Shown here piece after piece: positions 1 through 8,795 of a stretch of 64,000 nucleotides of DNA (positions are counted from its first letter, which is position 1; each line of letters begins with the position of its first letter). Under the pieces are notes generated by a model, which saw only the letters and a list, made by a program, of their open reading frames with translations, ran no database searches and was not told where the DNA came from. Both the position numbers and the translations under genes were made by a program. The DNA is taken from contig JAFWMO010000010.1 of assembly GCA_017510705.1 (NCBI GenBank), forward strand, positions 8,678 to 72,677, given 5' to 3'. This DNA comes from Candidatus Saccharimonadota bacterium (GTDB lineage: Bacteria; Patescibacteriota; Saccharimonadia; Saccharimonadales; Saccharimonadaceae).

Positions 1-310
1 CTCTTCCTTCCCCTCTGAGAATACTAAAATCAATAACATTAGGTTGTGGCTCTTCTTGCGCTGTATGACTGGCCTGAGAAAAATCAATAATTTCAATAGG
101 GTTTATCTGGCTGTCGTCAGTCGGTTCAGCCTCTTTAAAGCGTAGAGCCTCGCTGCCAATCTTGCGATTATCGGAATTATTAACCTCACTGTTTAGGCTA
201 TTATCTGCCTCTGGGTTGATAACTTCGTCTTTTTCGCCTACACCAGGAGTAATAGCGACATCAAAAATATCATCTGTTCTCTTTGGCGAGTTAGTATGAC
301 CATAGTCCAT
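1..310 (-). CDS. hypothetical acidic protein, N-terminal part (gene runs off the left edge)
   Basis: The frame is open from the ATG at 310 to position 1 (MDYGHTNSPKRTDDIFDV...). TGGTAAAAT lies exactly 6 nt upstream of the ATG. It is absent from the ORF track because there is no stop in the window. Confidence 0.4.
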   Translation of the reverse strand, partial: MDYGHTNSPKRTDDIFDVAITPGVGEKDEVINPEADNSLNSEVNNSDNRKIGSEALRFKEAEPTDDSQINPIEIIDFSQASHTAQEEPQPNVIDFSILRGEGR

Positions 311-327
311 ATGCTTATTTTACCACA

Positions 328-681
328 TTATGCGCGTTTATAGACCAAAAATTCTGCCAAAAATAAGAAAAGGATGATTAAAGTGATGGTCCAGAGGTTG
401 ATTGCCCCGAACGAACGTGCCATCATTATCATAATAGGGCCGAATGACATAACTGCAGTATAGAGGTAATCTTTGTTCGTGAAGGTGTCTTTACGAAAAG
501 CAAGACGATAGAATATCTGAAGCGCCAAAGATAAGATGCCAAATAAGGTAATGTAAAGTGTTGTAAAAAATAATAAAACCCCGAACGGGCCAATTGCCGT
601 CGGAGATGTGGTAGCCAGCATAACGGCTAGGACAATAAGCCCTATGAGACTTATGCTGAACATTAATCGGTTATGCTTCAT
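328..681 (-). CDS. small integral membrane protein (3-4 TM helices), function unknown
   Basis: 117-aa ORF with strongly hydrophobic segments. TGATATAAT lies 6 nt upstream of the ATG. Confidence 0.6.
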   Translation of the reverse strand: MKHNRLMFSISLIGLIVLAVMLATTSPTAIGPFGVLLFFTTLYITLFGILSLALQIFYRLAFRKDTFTNKDYLYTAVMSFGPIMIMMARSFGAINLWTITLIILFLFLAEFLVYKRA

Positions 682-1279
682 AACCTGATTATATCATAAC
701 TGGTCGTTTCCCCCAAGATTATTTCTGCGAGTTTTTTGATTTTTTATGGAGGAAGGCGGGGGTTATCCGGCTCTTAAAACAATAACTATTGACCGCAACC
801 TGATCCGCCTATTTCCTCTTTTGACCGCTTCACATTAGGTGAAGCATTGTCCTTATTAGCCTTTTTCTTTCGCTCTTGTTTATGTCTTTAGAAGGTGCTA
901 ACGAAAGATTTGCTAATGCGCTCTACGCCATTTAGCGGAGCTCTAGGTAATTCCTATTTGTAATTTATGGCTAGAAATTACCTTTTCGCCCGCTAAATTT
1001 TATGGTTTCCTCTTCATATTGTCCTCTTTTGTTTTTAGTTTTTGTTTTAGTCATCTCGACTACTTTCATATTAGCATAAACAAGATAAAAAATCAATAGA
1101 TTTGTTCAATGTTTTATTGTGTTTTTTACAACAAACAATTTATTTTATATCTGTTTTAACATTTTTTTGTGTTGTTGTCCTTTTTACAACAAGTGTGTAG
1201 TTTTGCGGTATTTTTTGGGGCCTTTTTGGCATGTTTTTCCTGAACAATTTTCTTTCCCCTTGCGTTTTTCTGCTACCTC

Positions 1280-1288
1280 TGATATAAT
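1280..1288 (+). promoter_or_regulatory. extended -10 promoter element (TGATATAAT) for ssrA
   Basis: Exact TGNTATAAT 10 nt upstream of the mature tmRNA 5' end. Confidence 0.6.
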
Positions 1289-1298
1289 AGATACAGTT

Positions 1299-1656
1299 GG
1301 GGCTGACAAAGCTTAGACGGGATATTAACAGCTGTGATGCGTGCCGATTGAATACCGTAAGTATTAAATAAGTGCTAAAAACACTAAGACTGCGCATGTT
1401 GCTTACATGCCAGCATACGCCTAGTTTGATTTTATAGGCTGGTTTCGGCTCAAGGTTCCGTAGGGTCGAAATTATCATACTACGGGAATAGGATTATTTA
1501 GCTGGCGTGAAATAATTAGAAAATTTTGCCACGGCTTTTGTTAGTTTCGTTTTCTGCAGCTAACAATTTCTGCCAAAATGAAACAGAAAACTATGCACGT
1601 AGACTCATAGCCACGTGGTGTTTCGGACCCGGAGGCAGTATCCGGCAGCTCCACCA
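1299..1656 (+). ncRNA. ssrA: tmRNA (SsrA)
   Basis: The 5' GGGGCTGACAAAGCTTAGACGGGAT matches the conserved tmRNA 5' end. The 3' CCGGCAGCTCCACCA matches the conserved 3' end. The acceptor pairing GGGGCTG/CAGCTCC contains a G3:U pair, the Ala identity element. An internal tag frame GCT..TAG runs 1374..1424. Confidence 0.85.
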
Positions 1657-1687
1657 TTATTTTTTTTGACTTTGAAACATAGAAAAA

Positions 1688-1718
1688 GACCGGTAACTGC
1701 GAGGAAAACCGGTCTTTT
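1688..1718 (+). terminator. intrinsic terminator downstream of ssrA
   Basis: GACCGG/CCGGTC stem followed by TTTT. Confidence 0.5.
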
Positions 1719-2013
1719 GTAGAGTGTGGAGTTATTTTGGCTAAATTTTTGTTTTGACCTTCTGAACAATTTTATTGTTCGGAAGCTATCTCTATAATAT
1801 CGCGAAAAAATGCTAATGTCAATATATTTTCTGAACAATTTTTTTACTTTTTTTGTTAGTTTTCCACAAGCATTTTCTGAACAAGTTTGTGCTTTTATTT
1901 TTTTTAAAATGCGTGGGCGATATTTTTGAAAATGAAATTGCTAAAATCTTGCTGCAAAAAGTAGCAAATGAATAGGTGGGGGGTTGTAATTTTGTTTTGA
2001 CTATGCTAAGTAG

Positions 2014-3531
2014 GTGGGCATGATAAGTAAAATACATTCAATAGTACCCTGCGGCTTTGATGGAAGGCTGGTAGAAGTCGAGGGCGATATGAACCGTGGG
2101 CTACCGGCCTTTAATATCGTGGGGATGGCTAATAAGACTGTGAGCGAAGCCAAAGAACGAGTGCGGAGCGCAATGGTAAATTCAGATTTTACATTCCCAG
2201 ACAAAAAAGTAACTATAAATCTGGCCCCAGCAGAGCTCCAAAAGGACGGAACTTACCTGGATTTGCCAATAGCATTAGCAATTTTAGTGCTCTCTGGACA
2301 ACTTTTGGAGAACGACATAAAAGAAAGGATCTTTGTAGGTGAACTGTCGTTAAATGGCGAGCTTAGGCCTATAAAAGGCATTATCAACATCGTAGAAGCT
2401 GCAAAAGAAAACGGCTTTAAAGAGATCTTTGTACCAGAGAAAAATCTGTCGCAGGCGGCATTAATATCCGGCATAACTGTTTACGGCGTAACGACTTTAC
2501 AGGCTCTATATCTACATTTAAAACAACAGCTGGTACTGAAGGTGTCTTCAGGCCAAGAAGCTCCGCAAATGGCCAATACTAAAGAATCTGGGGTATTTTT
2601 AGACCATATACGAGGACAAGAGCTCGCCAAAAGGGCTATTGAGGTGGCAATTGCTGGGCACCATAATATTCTAATCTCTGGGCCGCCAGGGGCCGGCAAA
2701 ACTCTTTTAGCCAAGGCAGCAACCAATCTATTGCCAACCCTCACTCCTGGTGAGATAGTGGATATCACGAAGATTTATTCGCTCGCTGGGCTCGCAACAG
2801 ATGAAATAGTGACAAACCGCCCGTTTCGTAGCCCCCATCATACAGCTAGCGCTACATCTATAATTGGTGGAGGAGCTGGGGCGGCACCTGGAGAAATTTC
2901 ATTAGCACACAAAGGCGTATTATTTCTAGATGAGATTCCAGAGTTTACGCGGTCGGTGCTAGAATCGTTGCGTCAACCTTTAGAAGATAAAGAGATCACT
3001 ATCTCGCGAGCAAACAACAAAACTACTTATCCAGCGGATTTTATGCTGATTGCCACGATGAACCCATGTCCTTGTGGATACCTTGGGGATCCAACCCATG
3101 AGTGTAAATGCACGGAGACGCAGATCCAAAATTATCAGAAGAAGCTATCTGGCCCACTATTTGACCGCATAGATATGTATGTAGAAGCGGAGAAAGTTAG
3201 CAATAAAGAGCTAAGAGTGCCAAACATCAATGGTAGCAATACCCATACTGTTGTAAAAAATAATATAACAGAGGCCATAGCACGCCAAAAGGCCCGCTAT
3301 GGACGTGATGGTGCCTATAATAGTTCCCTTTCTTCATTTCAAGTTTCCCAGCTAATTAAACTAGAACCAGGGGCAGAACAACTGCTTGCTAGTGCCTCTG
3401 AAAAGCTAAACCTATCCGCCCGTTCTTATTTTAAGACCATCAAGGTTGCGCGAACTATCGCCGATCTTGATAAATCGGAAGTTGTCAAGGTAAAGCATCT
3501 TGCTGAAGCATTAACCTACAGAAAACGCTAA
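2014..3531 (+). CDS. comM: YifB/ComM family Mg-chelatase-like AAA+ ATPase
   Basis: Walker A GPPGAGKT, the CPCGYLGDPTHECKC motif and a typical ComM N- and C-terminus. The start is GTG 2014 or ATG 2020. Confidence 0.85.
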   Translation: MGMISKIHSIVPCGFDGRLVEVEGDMNRGLPAFNIVGMANKTVSEAKERVRSAMVNSDFTFPDKKVTINLAPAELQKDGTYLDLPIALAILVLSGQLLENDIKERIFVGELSLNGELRPIKGIINIVEAAKENGFKEIFVPEKNLSQAALISGITVYGVTTLQALYLHLKQQLVLKVSSGQEAPQMANTKESGVFLDHIRGQELAKRAIEVAIAGHHNILISGPPGAGKTLLAKAATNLLPTLTPGEIVDITKIYSLAGLATDEIVTNRPFRSPHHTASATSIIGGGAGAAPGEISLAHKGVLFLDEIPEFTRSVLESLRQPLEDKEITISRANNKTTYPADFMLIATMNPCPCGYLGDPTHECKCTETQIQNYQKKLSGPLFDRIDMYVEAEKVSNKELRVPNINGSNTHTVVKNNITEAIARQKARYGRDGAYNSSLSSFQVSQLIKLEPGAEQLLASASEKLNLSARSYFKTIKVARTIADLDKSEVVKVKHLAEALTYRKR

Positions 3532-3558
3532 TTACCCCTTGTTTTTTCTAGTGCTATT

Positions 3559-3567
3559 TGGTATAAT
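3559..3567 (+). promoter_or_regulatory. extended -10 (TGGTATAAT) upstream of infC
   Basis: Exact TGNTATAAT in the comM-infC spacer. Confidence 0.5.
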
Positions 3568-3603
3568 TGATAACAGGTTAATTCAAGAGAAGAAAGGACT
3601 ACC

Positions 3604-4122
3604 ATAAAAACTACATCACATACACGTATAAATTCCGAAATTCGTTATCCGGAGGTACGTGTTATCGGTGCAAGTGGTGAACAGCTTGGCATTATGTCTA
3701 GCCGTGACGCCCAACTTCTTGCGAAGGAACAGGGAGTAGACTTGGTAGAAATTGCTGCCAATGCTAATCCTCCGGTCGTAAAAGTCATCGATTGGGGTAA
3801 ATACCAATACCAAAAGATGAAGGAAGAAGCTAAGAATCGTAAGAAAGCTCGCGAAAAGCAATCAGAGCTGAAGCAAATGAAGATTGGCCTCAAGATTTCC
3901 GACAACGACCTTAACATCAAAGTCCGCAAAATGCGTGGTTTCCTAGACGACGGAGATAGAGTAAAAATTTTAATCATCTTTCGTGGTCGTGAAATGGCCC
4001 ACAAAGAGATTGGTGAAGAACTGTTAAATAAAGTTGTTTCCCTTCTCGGCGAAGATGCCATAGTAGAAGGCAAGCCTCAAATGAGTGGACGCAACCTATC
4101 AGTCCAGGTTCGGAAGAAGTAA
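3604..4122 (+). CDS. infC: translation initiation factor IF-3, probable non-canonical ATA start
   Basis: The conserved N-terminus (INSEIRYPEVRVIGASGEQLG) lies upstream of the first ATG (3694) in the same frame. In-frame stops occur at 3568-3573. GAAAGGA sits 6 nt before ATA 3604. Confidence 0.8.
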   Translation: MKTTSHTRINSEIRYPEVRVIGASGEQLGIMSSRDAQLLAKEQGVDLVEIAANANPPVVKVIDWGKYQYQKMKEEAKNRKKAREKQSELKQMKIGLKISDNDLNIKVRKMRGFLDDGDRVKILIIFRGREMAHKEIGEELLNKVVSLLGEDAIVEGKPQMSGRNLSVQVRKK

Positions 4123-4187
4123 TTTCCTACTTCCACGGCCCCTGATCGTACATTGAATAATAACTATAACTAAAAGGAAAACCTATT

Positions 4188-4382
4188 ATGCCAAAGTTAA
4201 AAACGCATAAAGGCACCGCAAAGCGTATTAAAATTACCGGTTCTGGTAAGATTACACGCGAGCGTGCATTCGGCAATCATATTCTTGCCAAAAAATCTAA
4301 AGCTAGAAAGCGCAACATGAAGACTGCTGCTGCTATCAACGGCAAAATCAAGAAAAACGTTAAGACAGCATTAGGAGTTTAA
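4188..4382 (+). CDS. rpmI: ribosomal protein L35
   Basis: [21 protein letters not shown] signature; position after infC. Confidence 0.95.
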   Translation: MPKLKTHKGTAKRIKITGSGKITRERAFGNHILAKKSKARKRNMKTAAAINGKIKKNVKTALGV

Positions 4383-4384
4383 TC

Positions 4385-4732
4385 ATGAGAGTAAAACGCG
4401 GCGTGGCTGCACACGCAAAACACAAGAAGATTTTAAACGCTGCGAAGGGCATGCAACATGCACGCACCCGCAGTTTCCGCCTAGGTAATCAAGGCGTAAT
4501 CAAGGCTCTTCGCTATTCTTATCGCGATCGTCGCAATAAAAAGCGCGACCTTAGAGCTCTTTGGATTACTCGCATCAACAATGCATCAAGAGAACTTGGT
4601 CTTTCCTACTCTCAGCTTATCGCTGGCATGAAGGCAAAGAATATCAATCTCGATCGCAAAGTTCTTGCTGACCTTGCTGTAAACAATCCTGAGGCATTCA
4701 AAGCAATCGTTAATACGGTAAAGGAGAAATAA
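4385..4732 (+). CDS. rplT: ribosomal protein L20
   Basis: [17 protein letters not shown]... signature; infC-rpmI-rplT order. Confidence 0.95.
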   Translation: MRVKRGVAAHAKHKKILNAAKGMQHARTRSFRLGNQGVIKALRYSYRDRRNKKRDLRALWITRINNASRELGLSYSQLIAGMKAKNINLDRKVLADLAVNNPEAFKAIVNTVKEK

Positions 4733-4733
4733 G

Positions 4734-4955
4734 ATGGCTATCTGTGAAGTATCTGGAAAAGGCAAAATGTATGGCCACAATGTTTCTTTCTCCCAACGCC
4801 ATACACGCAAAGTTTTCAAACCAAACGTATCTAAGCGCACTTTGATCATCAATGGTCAAAAGGTAAAGTGCAACATCTCTACCTCTGCTCTTAGGACTTT
4901 GAAGAAAAAAGGCTTAATCGAGTCTCCAAAGGCTCGTGCCGAAAAGAAAGCTTAA
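4734..4955 (+). CDS. rpmB: ribosomal protein L28
   Basis: CEVSGKG..GHNVSFSQRHTRKVFKPNV matches the L28 family pattern. Confidence 0.85.
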   Translation: MAICEVSGKGKMYGHNVSFSQRHTRKVFKPNVSKRTLIINGQKVKCNISTSALRTLKKKGLIESPKARAEKKA

Positions 4956-4968
4956 ATACCGATCAAAA

Positions 4969-4993
4969 AGCCACCCGCTGAGGGTGGTTTTTT
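4969..4993 (+). terminator. intrinsic terminator, likely bidirectional (rpmB on +, rnpB on -)
   Basis: CCACCC gctga GGGTGG stem flanked by an A-run and a T-run. Confidence 0.75.
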
Positions 4994-4999
4994 GATAAT

Positions 5000-5334
5000 G
5001 AGTCTTCGGTAAGCCGGGTTCTGTAACTCCCGAGGGAGCCGATGATCATCTATCTAGGTGCCGTATTGCTACAAGCACTCGAGCGGTGAGCGTGCGTCCC
5101 CGAGCCGGGGCTGATAGCACTCCTTGCAACAGGTAGGGTTTGCCTCCGCGCTATATCGCTACCGCGCGCTGTGAGCTCTTACCTCACTCTTTTCACCCTT
5201 ACCCCAAAAGGGCGGTATATGTTTCTGTGGTACTTTCCCTATCCTTACAGACGGTCGCCGTTAGCGACTACCCTGCTCTGTGTTGCCCGGACTTTCCTCT
5301 TGGATTACACCAAGCGATCATCTTTCGGACTCTC
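5000..5334 (-). ncRNA. rnpB: RNase P RNA, bacterial type
   Basis: The reverse complement contains GAGGAAAGTCCGGGC, GGTAAGGGTGAAA..GGTAAGAGC.CAC and ACAGAACCCGGCTTA universal motifs. P1 pairs GAGTC with GACTC. Confidence 0.9.
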
Positions 5335-5344
5335 TAGTATTGTA

Positions 5345-6199
5345 TCATTTTTTTAGAATTTTGTCGATGGCCTCATTAGCCTCGTGGTCTGCAATATAAT
5401 TTTGAGACCTAGGAATATGAGTGAATGAGACTGCATCGAATTGTTTGATTTTTTCCTGTATGTCATTATAAATAGGTATTATGTCTTGGTTTTTGATATG
5501 AAAAATGCCATTTAATTGATTTACCACCATCAGACTATCAGAAAAGAAACGAACAGATTTGTAGCCAAGTTCTATGGCGCGATCTAGGCCCTTTCGCATT
5601 GCAAGATACTCTGCCACTCTGGAAGTAGCAAAACCAATGAATTCGCCGTTTTGTTCAACAATCCGACCTCCACTATCACTGACACAATAGCCAATGCCTG
5701 CTGGGCCAGGATTGCCACGAGAAGCGCCATCTACATTAATGGAGACTGAATTTGCAGTGTCGCGTGGAGATATGCGGCTAGGTGTAATTTTTTCGTTGAT
5801 AATTTCTACGACAGTGGCACTGGTTTCATTTAATCTAATACCAGATTGACTAAAATCCTTGACATACTTATATGCAGTATATCTTTCTCTAGGCTCTGGC
5901 TTGGTGTTACCAGCGACGCCGACTTCGTATACGATGTATAGATTACTAAGCTGACTTGCGCCCTCTGGAGCAAGAAAAGTGATAACGTCTCTTAGTTTAA
6001 TAGAGCTAGCTACAAGACTAGTGTATTCCGTGAGTGAACGTGCAAGGGCTTCCTCTGGCTGTTCGCCAAATTTTATTTTGCCGGTAGGGAGTTCCCAAAA
6101 AACCGGGGCTTCTCCGCGCCCGTGAGAGCGTTTTAAAACTAGCACCCCGTCTTCATTTTTAATTATAGCGACTACACGAATTCTTTGTTTCATGCCCAC
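5345..6199 (-). CDS. fusion protein: N-terminal Nudix-fold domain plus C-terminal RNase HI domain
   Basis: N-terminus has GKIKFGEQPEEALARSLTEYTS, a Nudix-box-like segment. C-terminus has DGASRGNPGPAGIGY..AEY..SDS..ADHEAN, the RNase H DEDD pattern. Confidence 0.7.
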   Translation of the reverse strand: MGMKQRIRVVAIIKNEDGVLVLKRSHGRGEAPVFWELPTGKIKFGEQPEEALARSLTEYTSLVASSIKLRDVITFLAPEGASQLSNLYIVYEVGVAGNTKPEPRERYTAYKYVKDFSQSGIRLNETSATVVEIINEKITPSRISPRDTANSVSINVDGASRGNPGPAGIGYCVSDSGGRIVEQNGEFIGFATSRVAEYLAMRKGLDRAIELGYKSVRFFSDSLMVVNQLNGIFHIKNQDIIPIYNDIQEKIKQFDAVSFTHIPRSQNYIADHEANEAIDKILKK

Positions 6200-6356
6200 C
6201 TTTTTTTAAAAGCCCTACCGACCTGTTTTCCCCGTAGTAAATACAAGGTGGGTAAAATCTTATGCGATACATCCACGGATGTAAGCCACGAAATCCCTAA
6301 AACATGATTATTCAGGAAAATCATGTTGCCGATAGGGCTAATTTAATTATAGCACG

Positions 6357-6995
6357 TCACCCGCCTACCACAAAATAAAAGAATTGGAGTATCCCATTCA
6401 TGCCATTTACCATAATGTTGGAAAATACTGGGCCGAGGAGGAGGATGAGTATATATATTATAATAATGCCGTATTTTTCCATTGCAGCTAGATATGGGCG
6501 GACGCCATCAGGAGAAATAGCATATAACAATCTAGAGCCATCTAGTGGCGGGATTGGGATAATGTTGAAAATCGTAAAACCTATATTAACAATTACGAAT
6601 TCGGAAACAATGAACATTGGTAGTTCTCCGGCTGAACCGTATAGTAGGCCAGTGAAGTGGCCGATAAGAAAAGCTACAAAAGCCAATACTAAATTTGTAA
6701 GTGGGCCAGCGATAGCGACGAGTGCCATTCCCCATTCGCCCCATTTAAGATTACGGCTGTCTACCGGAACTGGCTTAGCACCACCAAATACAGGTGCGTT
6801 CATCATATATAATAGTACTGGCACAATAATAGACATAAATGGATCTATGTGTTTTATCGGGTTTAGCGTGAGCCTACCGGCATATTTAGCAGTCTTATCA
6901 CCCAAAAAATAGGCAACCACGCCATGCATAAGCTCGTGGAGAATAACCGAAACAAGAACAATGGTTAAGATAATAAAAATAGAAAGGATATTCAT
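6357..6995 (-). CDS. site-2 protease family (M50) zinc metalloprotease
   Basis: HELMHG motif in the first TM helix; polytopic membrane protein; TGA stop. Confidence 0.75.
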   Translation of the reverse strand: MNILSIFIILTIVLVSVILHELMHGVVAYFLGDKTAKYAGRLTLNPIKHIDPFMSIIVPVLLYMMNAPVFGGAKPVPVDSRNLKWGEWGMALVAIAGPLTNLVLAFVAFLIGHFTGLLYGSAGELPMFIVSEFVIVNIGFTIFNIIPIPPLDGSRLLYAISPDGVRPYLAAMEKYGIIIIYILILLLGPVFSNIMVNGMNGILQFFYFVVGG

Positions 6996-7441
6996 TAGCT
7001 TAGCACCACTACTTCTTTAGTAGCTGGCAAGCTCTCAAGATTTTTGACTTTGAGTTTCTTCTCACTGCGAGCAGACAACTTGAGATCTGCAACCATAGCA
7101 TCTACATTGCCCATAGAAATAACAAGCTTTGGCTCGATTTCGCGAACTGCACGAACAGATGAAGTGCAAAGGATGTCTGCCACGATATCATCTAGGCCTT
7201 CTTCAATACCGCCTAGGATGCCGGTGTGAACTCCACCAATTTCTACATCATAAATGGTTTTGCCACTTTCTGTAGCAATACCACGAATAGCAGCTTCGCC
7301 GATTTCAAATTCGCCAGGGCCAGTGATTTTGCCAACGGCGAGGCCGGCATCAATTACGGCATCAGCTATATTGAACTTAATAGATGTGGTTTTGGTGCTA
7401 ATGATAATTTCGTCTTGATTTTTGCTCTCGATTTCAAACAT
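6995..7441 (-). CDS. hypothetical protein, resembles the C-terminal half of an MBL-fold hydrolase without the HxHxDH motif
   Basis: 148-aa ORF in an operon with the neighbouring genes. The pattern PGEFEIGEAAIRGI..VHTGILGG resembles the UPF0173/MBL fold. This is weak. Confidence 0.35.
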   Translation of the reverse strand: MFEIESKNQDEIIISTKTTSIKFNIADAVIDAGLAVGKITGPGEFEIGEAAIRGIATESGKTIYDVEIGGVHTGILGGIEEGLDDIVADILCTSSVRAVREIEPKLVISMGNVDAMVADLKLSARSEKKLKVKNLESLPATKEVVVLS

Positions 7442-7450
7442 CTCTACTCC

Positions 7451-8053
7451 TTATTTTATGATTTTTTCTGGGTCGATTATATCAGTGATCTCCATTTCAA
7501 AAATATCTAGGATAAAACGATCACGAACATTTTTGCGATAGATAAAGTCATCAGCAGACATGATAACGTAATTGATAGGTTTGCCCATTTTTTTCTCAAT
7601 AACCTCGGCCCAGCGAGTAAGTTTTTTGGTTTTGTCATTGCCGATAATGAGCATATCGATACCGTCTTGCCCTGGTAAGCGATTCGTGATGATCAAGCCC
7701 TTCAAATAATTTTTGACTGGGCGGCAGTAATCTTCCCAGGTATTTTCTTTGACATCTTTGTCACGGCTTGTATCAACTTTTTTGGAAAAAATATCAATCA
7801 TTGGACGATAAAAAGGATGCTTATTATTGGCTGAATAATAAACTTTGTTGTCAAAAGCCTCAGTCTTGATGATGCCAATGCTTTCTAGATTCAACAACTC
7901 ACGACGGACGGAATTTATTTGCTCGTCAATCACGCGGGTCATTTCGCGGACATAAAAAGATTTTTCTGGATTTTCGTAAAAGAGTTGCAACAACTTGGCT
8001 CGAGTCTTGGAACCAAACAATTTTTCAATTGGTGTACTTGCAACTTTACTCAT
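7451..8053 (-). CDS. winged-helix (ArsR/PadR-like) transcriptional regulator
   Basis: N-terminal KLFGSKTRAKLLQLFYENPEKSFYVREMTRVIDEQINSVRRELLNLESIGII is a typical wHTH. Confidence 0.55.
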   Translation of the reverse strand: MSKVASTPIEKLFGSKTRAKLLQLFYENPEKSFYVREMTRVIDEQINSVRRELLNLESIGIIKTEAFDNKVYYSANNKHPFYRPMIDIFSKKVDTSRDKDVKENTWEDYCRPVKNYLKGLIITNRLPGQDGIDMLIIGNDKTKKLTRWAEVIEKKMGKPINYVIMSADDFIYRKNVRDRFILDIFEMEITDIIDPEKIIK

Positions 8054-8795
8054 TCTGTATATATTTTAGCACAAAAGAATAAATTTTTTCAAGCGGGAGC
8101 CAATTTATTTCCGAGTTGCGTTTAAACCACGTCATCTGGCGTTTTGCTAGATGCCAATCTTCGTAAAAACATTGTTCTTTGGCTTCGTCTAATGTAAGTT
8201 CACCATTGATATATTTCCACGCATACCAATAAATATTGCTTTTCATGGCTCCGCTATCAAAACTATATTTGCTTGCAAGCGCTTTTGTTTCTGCATATAG
8301 CTCACTGCAAAACATTTGGTCAATGCGCTTTTTGAGGCGAGCACGGAGTTCCTCTGTTTCCCATTTTACACCAATCAACAAATAATCGCCTTTTACCCCT
8401 GTTCTGTCTGTACAAGTTTTTTGTTCAAAGTCACCAATTTTGGCTCCGGTAGGGCCTTTGAATTTGTAATCGTAAATTAGTGCGTCAATGTAGAGCCCGG
8501 TACCACCAACGACGATTGGGGCCTTGCCGCAAGCCTTAATTTCTGCAATTTTTTCTTCGGCATAAGTTTTCCAATCCGAAACGGTAAACCTTTTTCCTGG
8601 TTCTACTAAATCTAGGCCATAGTGGGGCACTCCGTCCATTTCTTCTTTGGTAGGTTTGGCGGTGCCAATATCCATGCCTTTATAAATAGCACGGGAGTCA
8701 GCAGAGATAATCTCGCCACCAATTGCTTTGGCGATTTTGATAGAAATGCCTGTTTTGCCAGACCCTGTAGGGCCTAGAATAACTATAGTTTGCAT
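8046..8795 (-). CDS. miaA: tRNA dimethylallyltransferase
   Basis: ILGPTGSGKTGISIKIAKAIGGEIISADSRAIYKGMDIGTAKP is the MiaA signature. Confidence 0.85.
   Translation of the reverse strand: MQTIVILGPTGSGKTGISIKIAKAIGGEIISADSRAIYKGMDIGTAKPTKEEMDGVPHYGLDLVEPGKRFTVSDWKTYAEEKIAEIKACGKAPIVVGGTGLYIDALIYDYKFKGPTGAKIGDFEQKTCTDRTGVKGDYLLIGVKWETEELRARLKKRIDQMFCSELYAETKALASKYSFDSGAMKSNIYWYAWKYINGELTLDEAKEQCFYEDWHLAKRQMTWFKRNSEINWLPLEKIYSFVLKYIQNE

Larger units (their letters stand above)
1239..1888. repeat. four dispersed copies of a T(T/C)CTGAACAA(T/G)TTT motif flanking the tmRNA gene
   Basis: Copies start at about 1239, 1760, 1829 and 1875. The copy at 1758..1785 is part of a 12-bp inverted repeat, CTTCTGAACAAT/ATTGTTCGGAAG. 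Confidence 0.5.

Noticed and set aside
1119-2204. Several 60-110-aa ORFs on both strands (1119..1316, 1140..1478, 1605..1838, 1819..2037, 2001..2204)
   Set aside because: They overlap the tmRNA gene or its AT-rich flanks, or they are antisense to comM. They have no SD or promoter logic and give low-complexity translations.
5140-5356. Two overlapping plus-strand ORFs (65 and 61 aa)
   Set aside because: They lie entirely inside the RNase P RNA gene on the opposite strand. Their GC-rich open frames are a by-product of the structured RNA.
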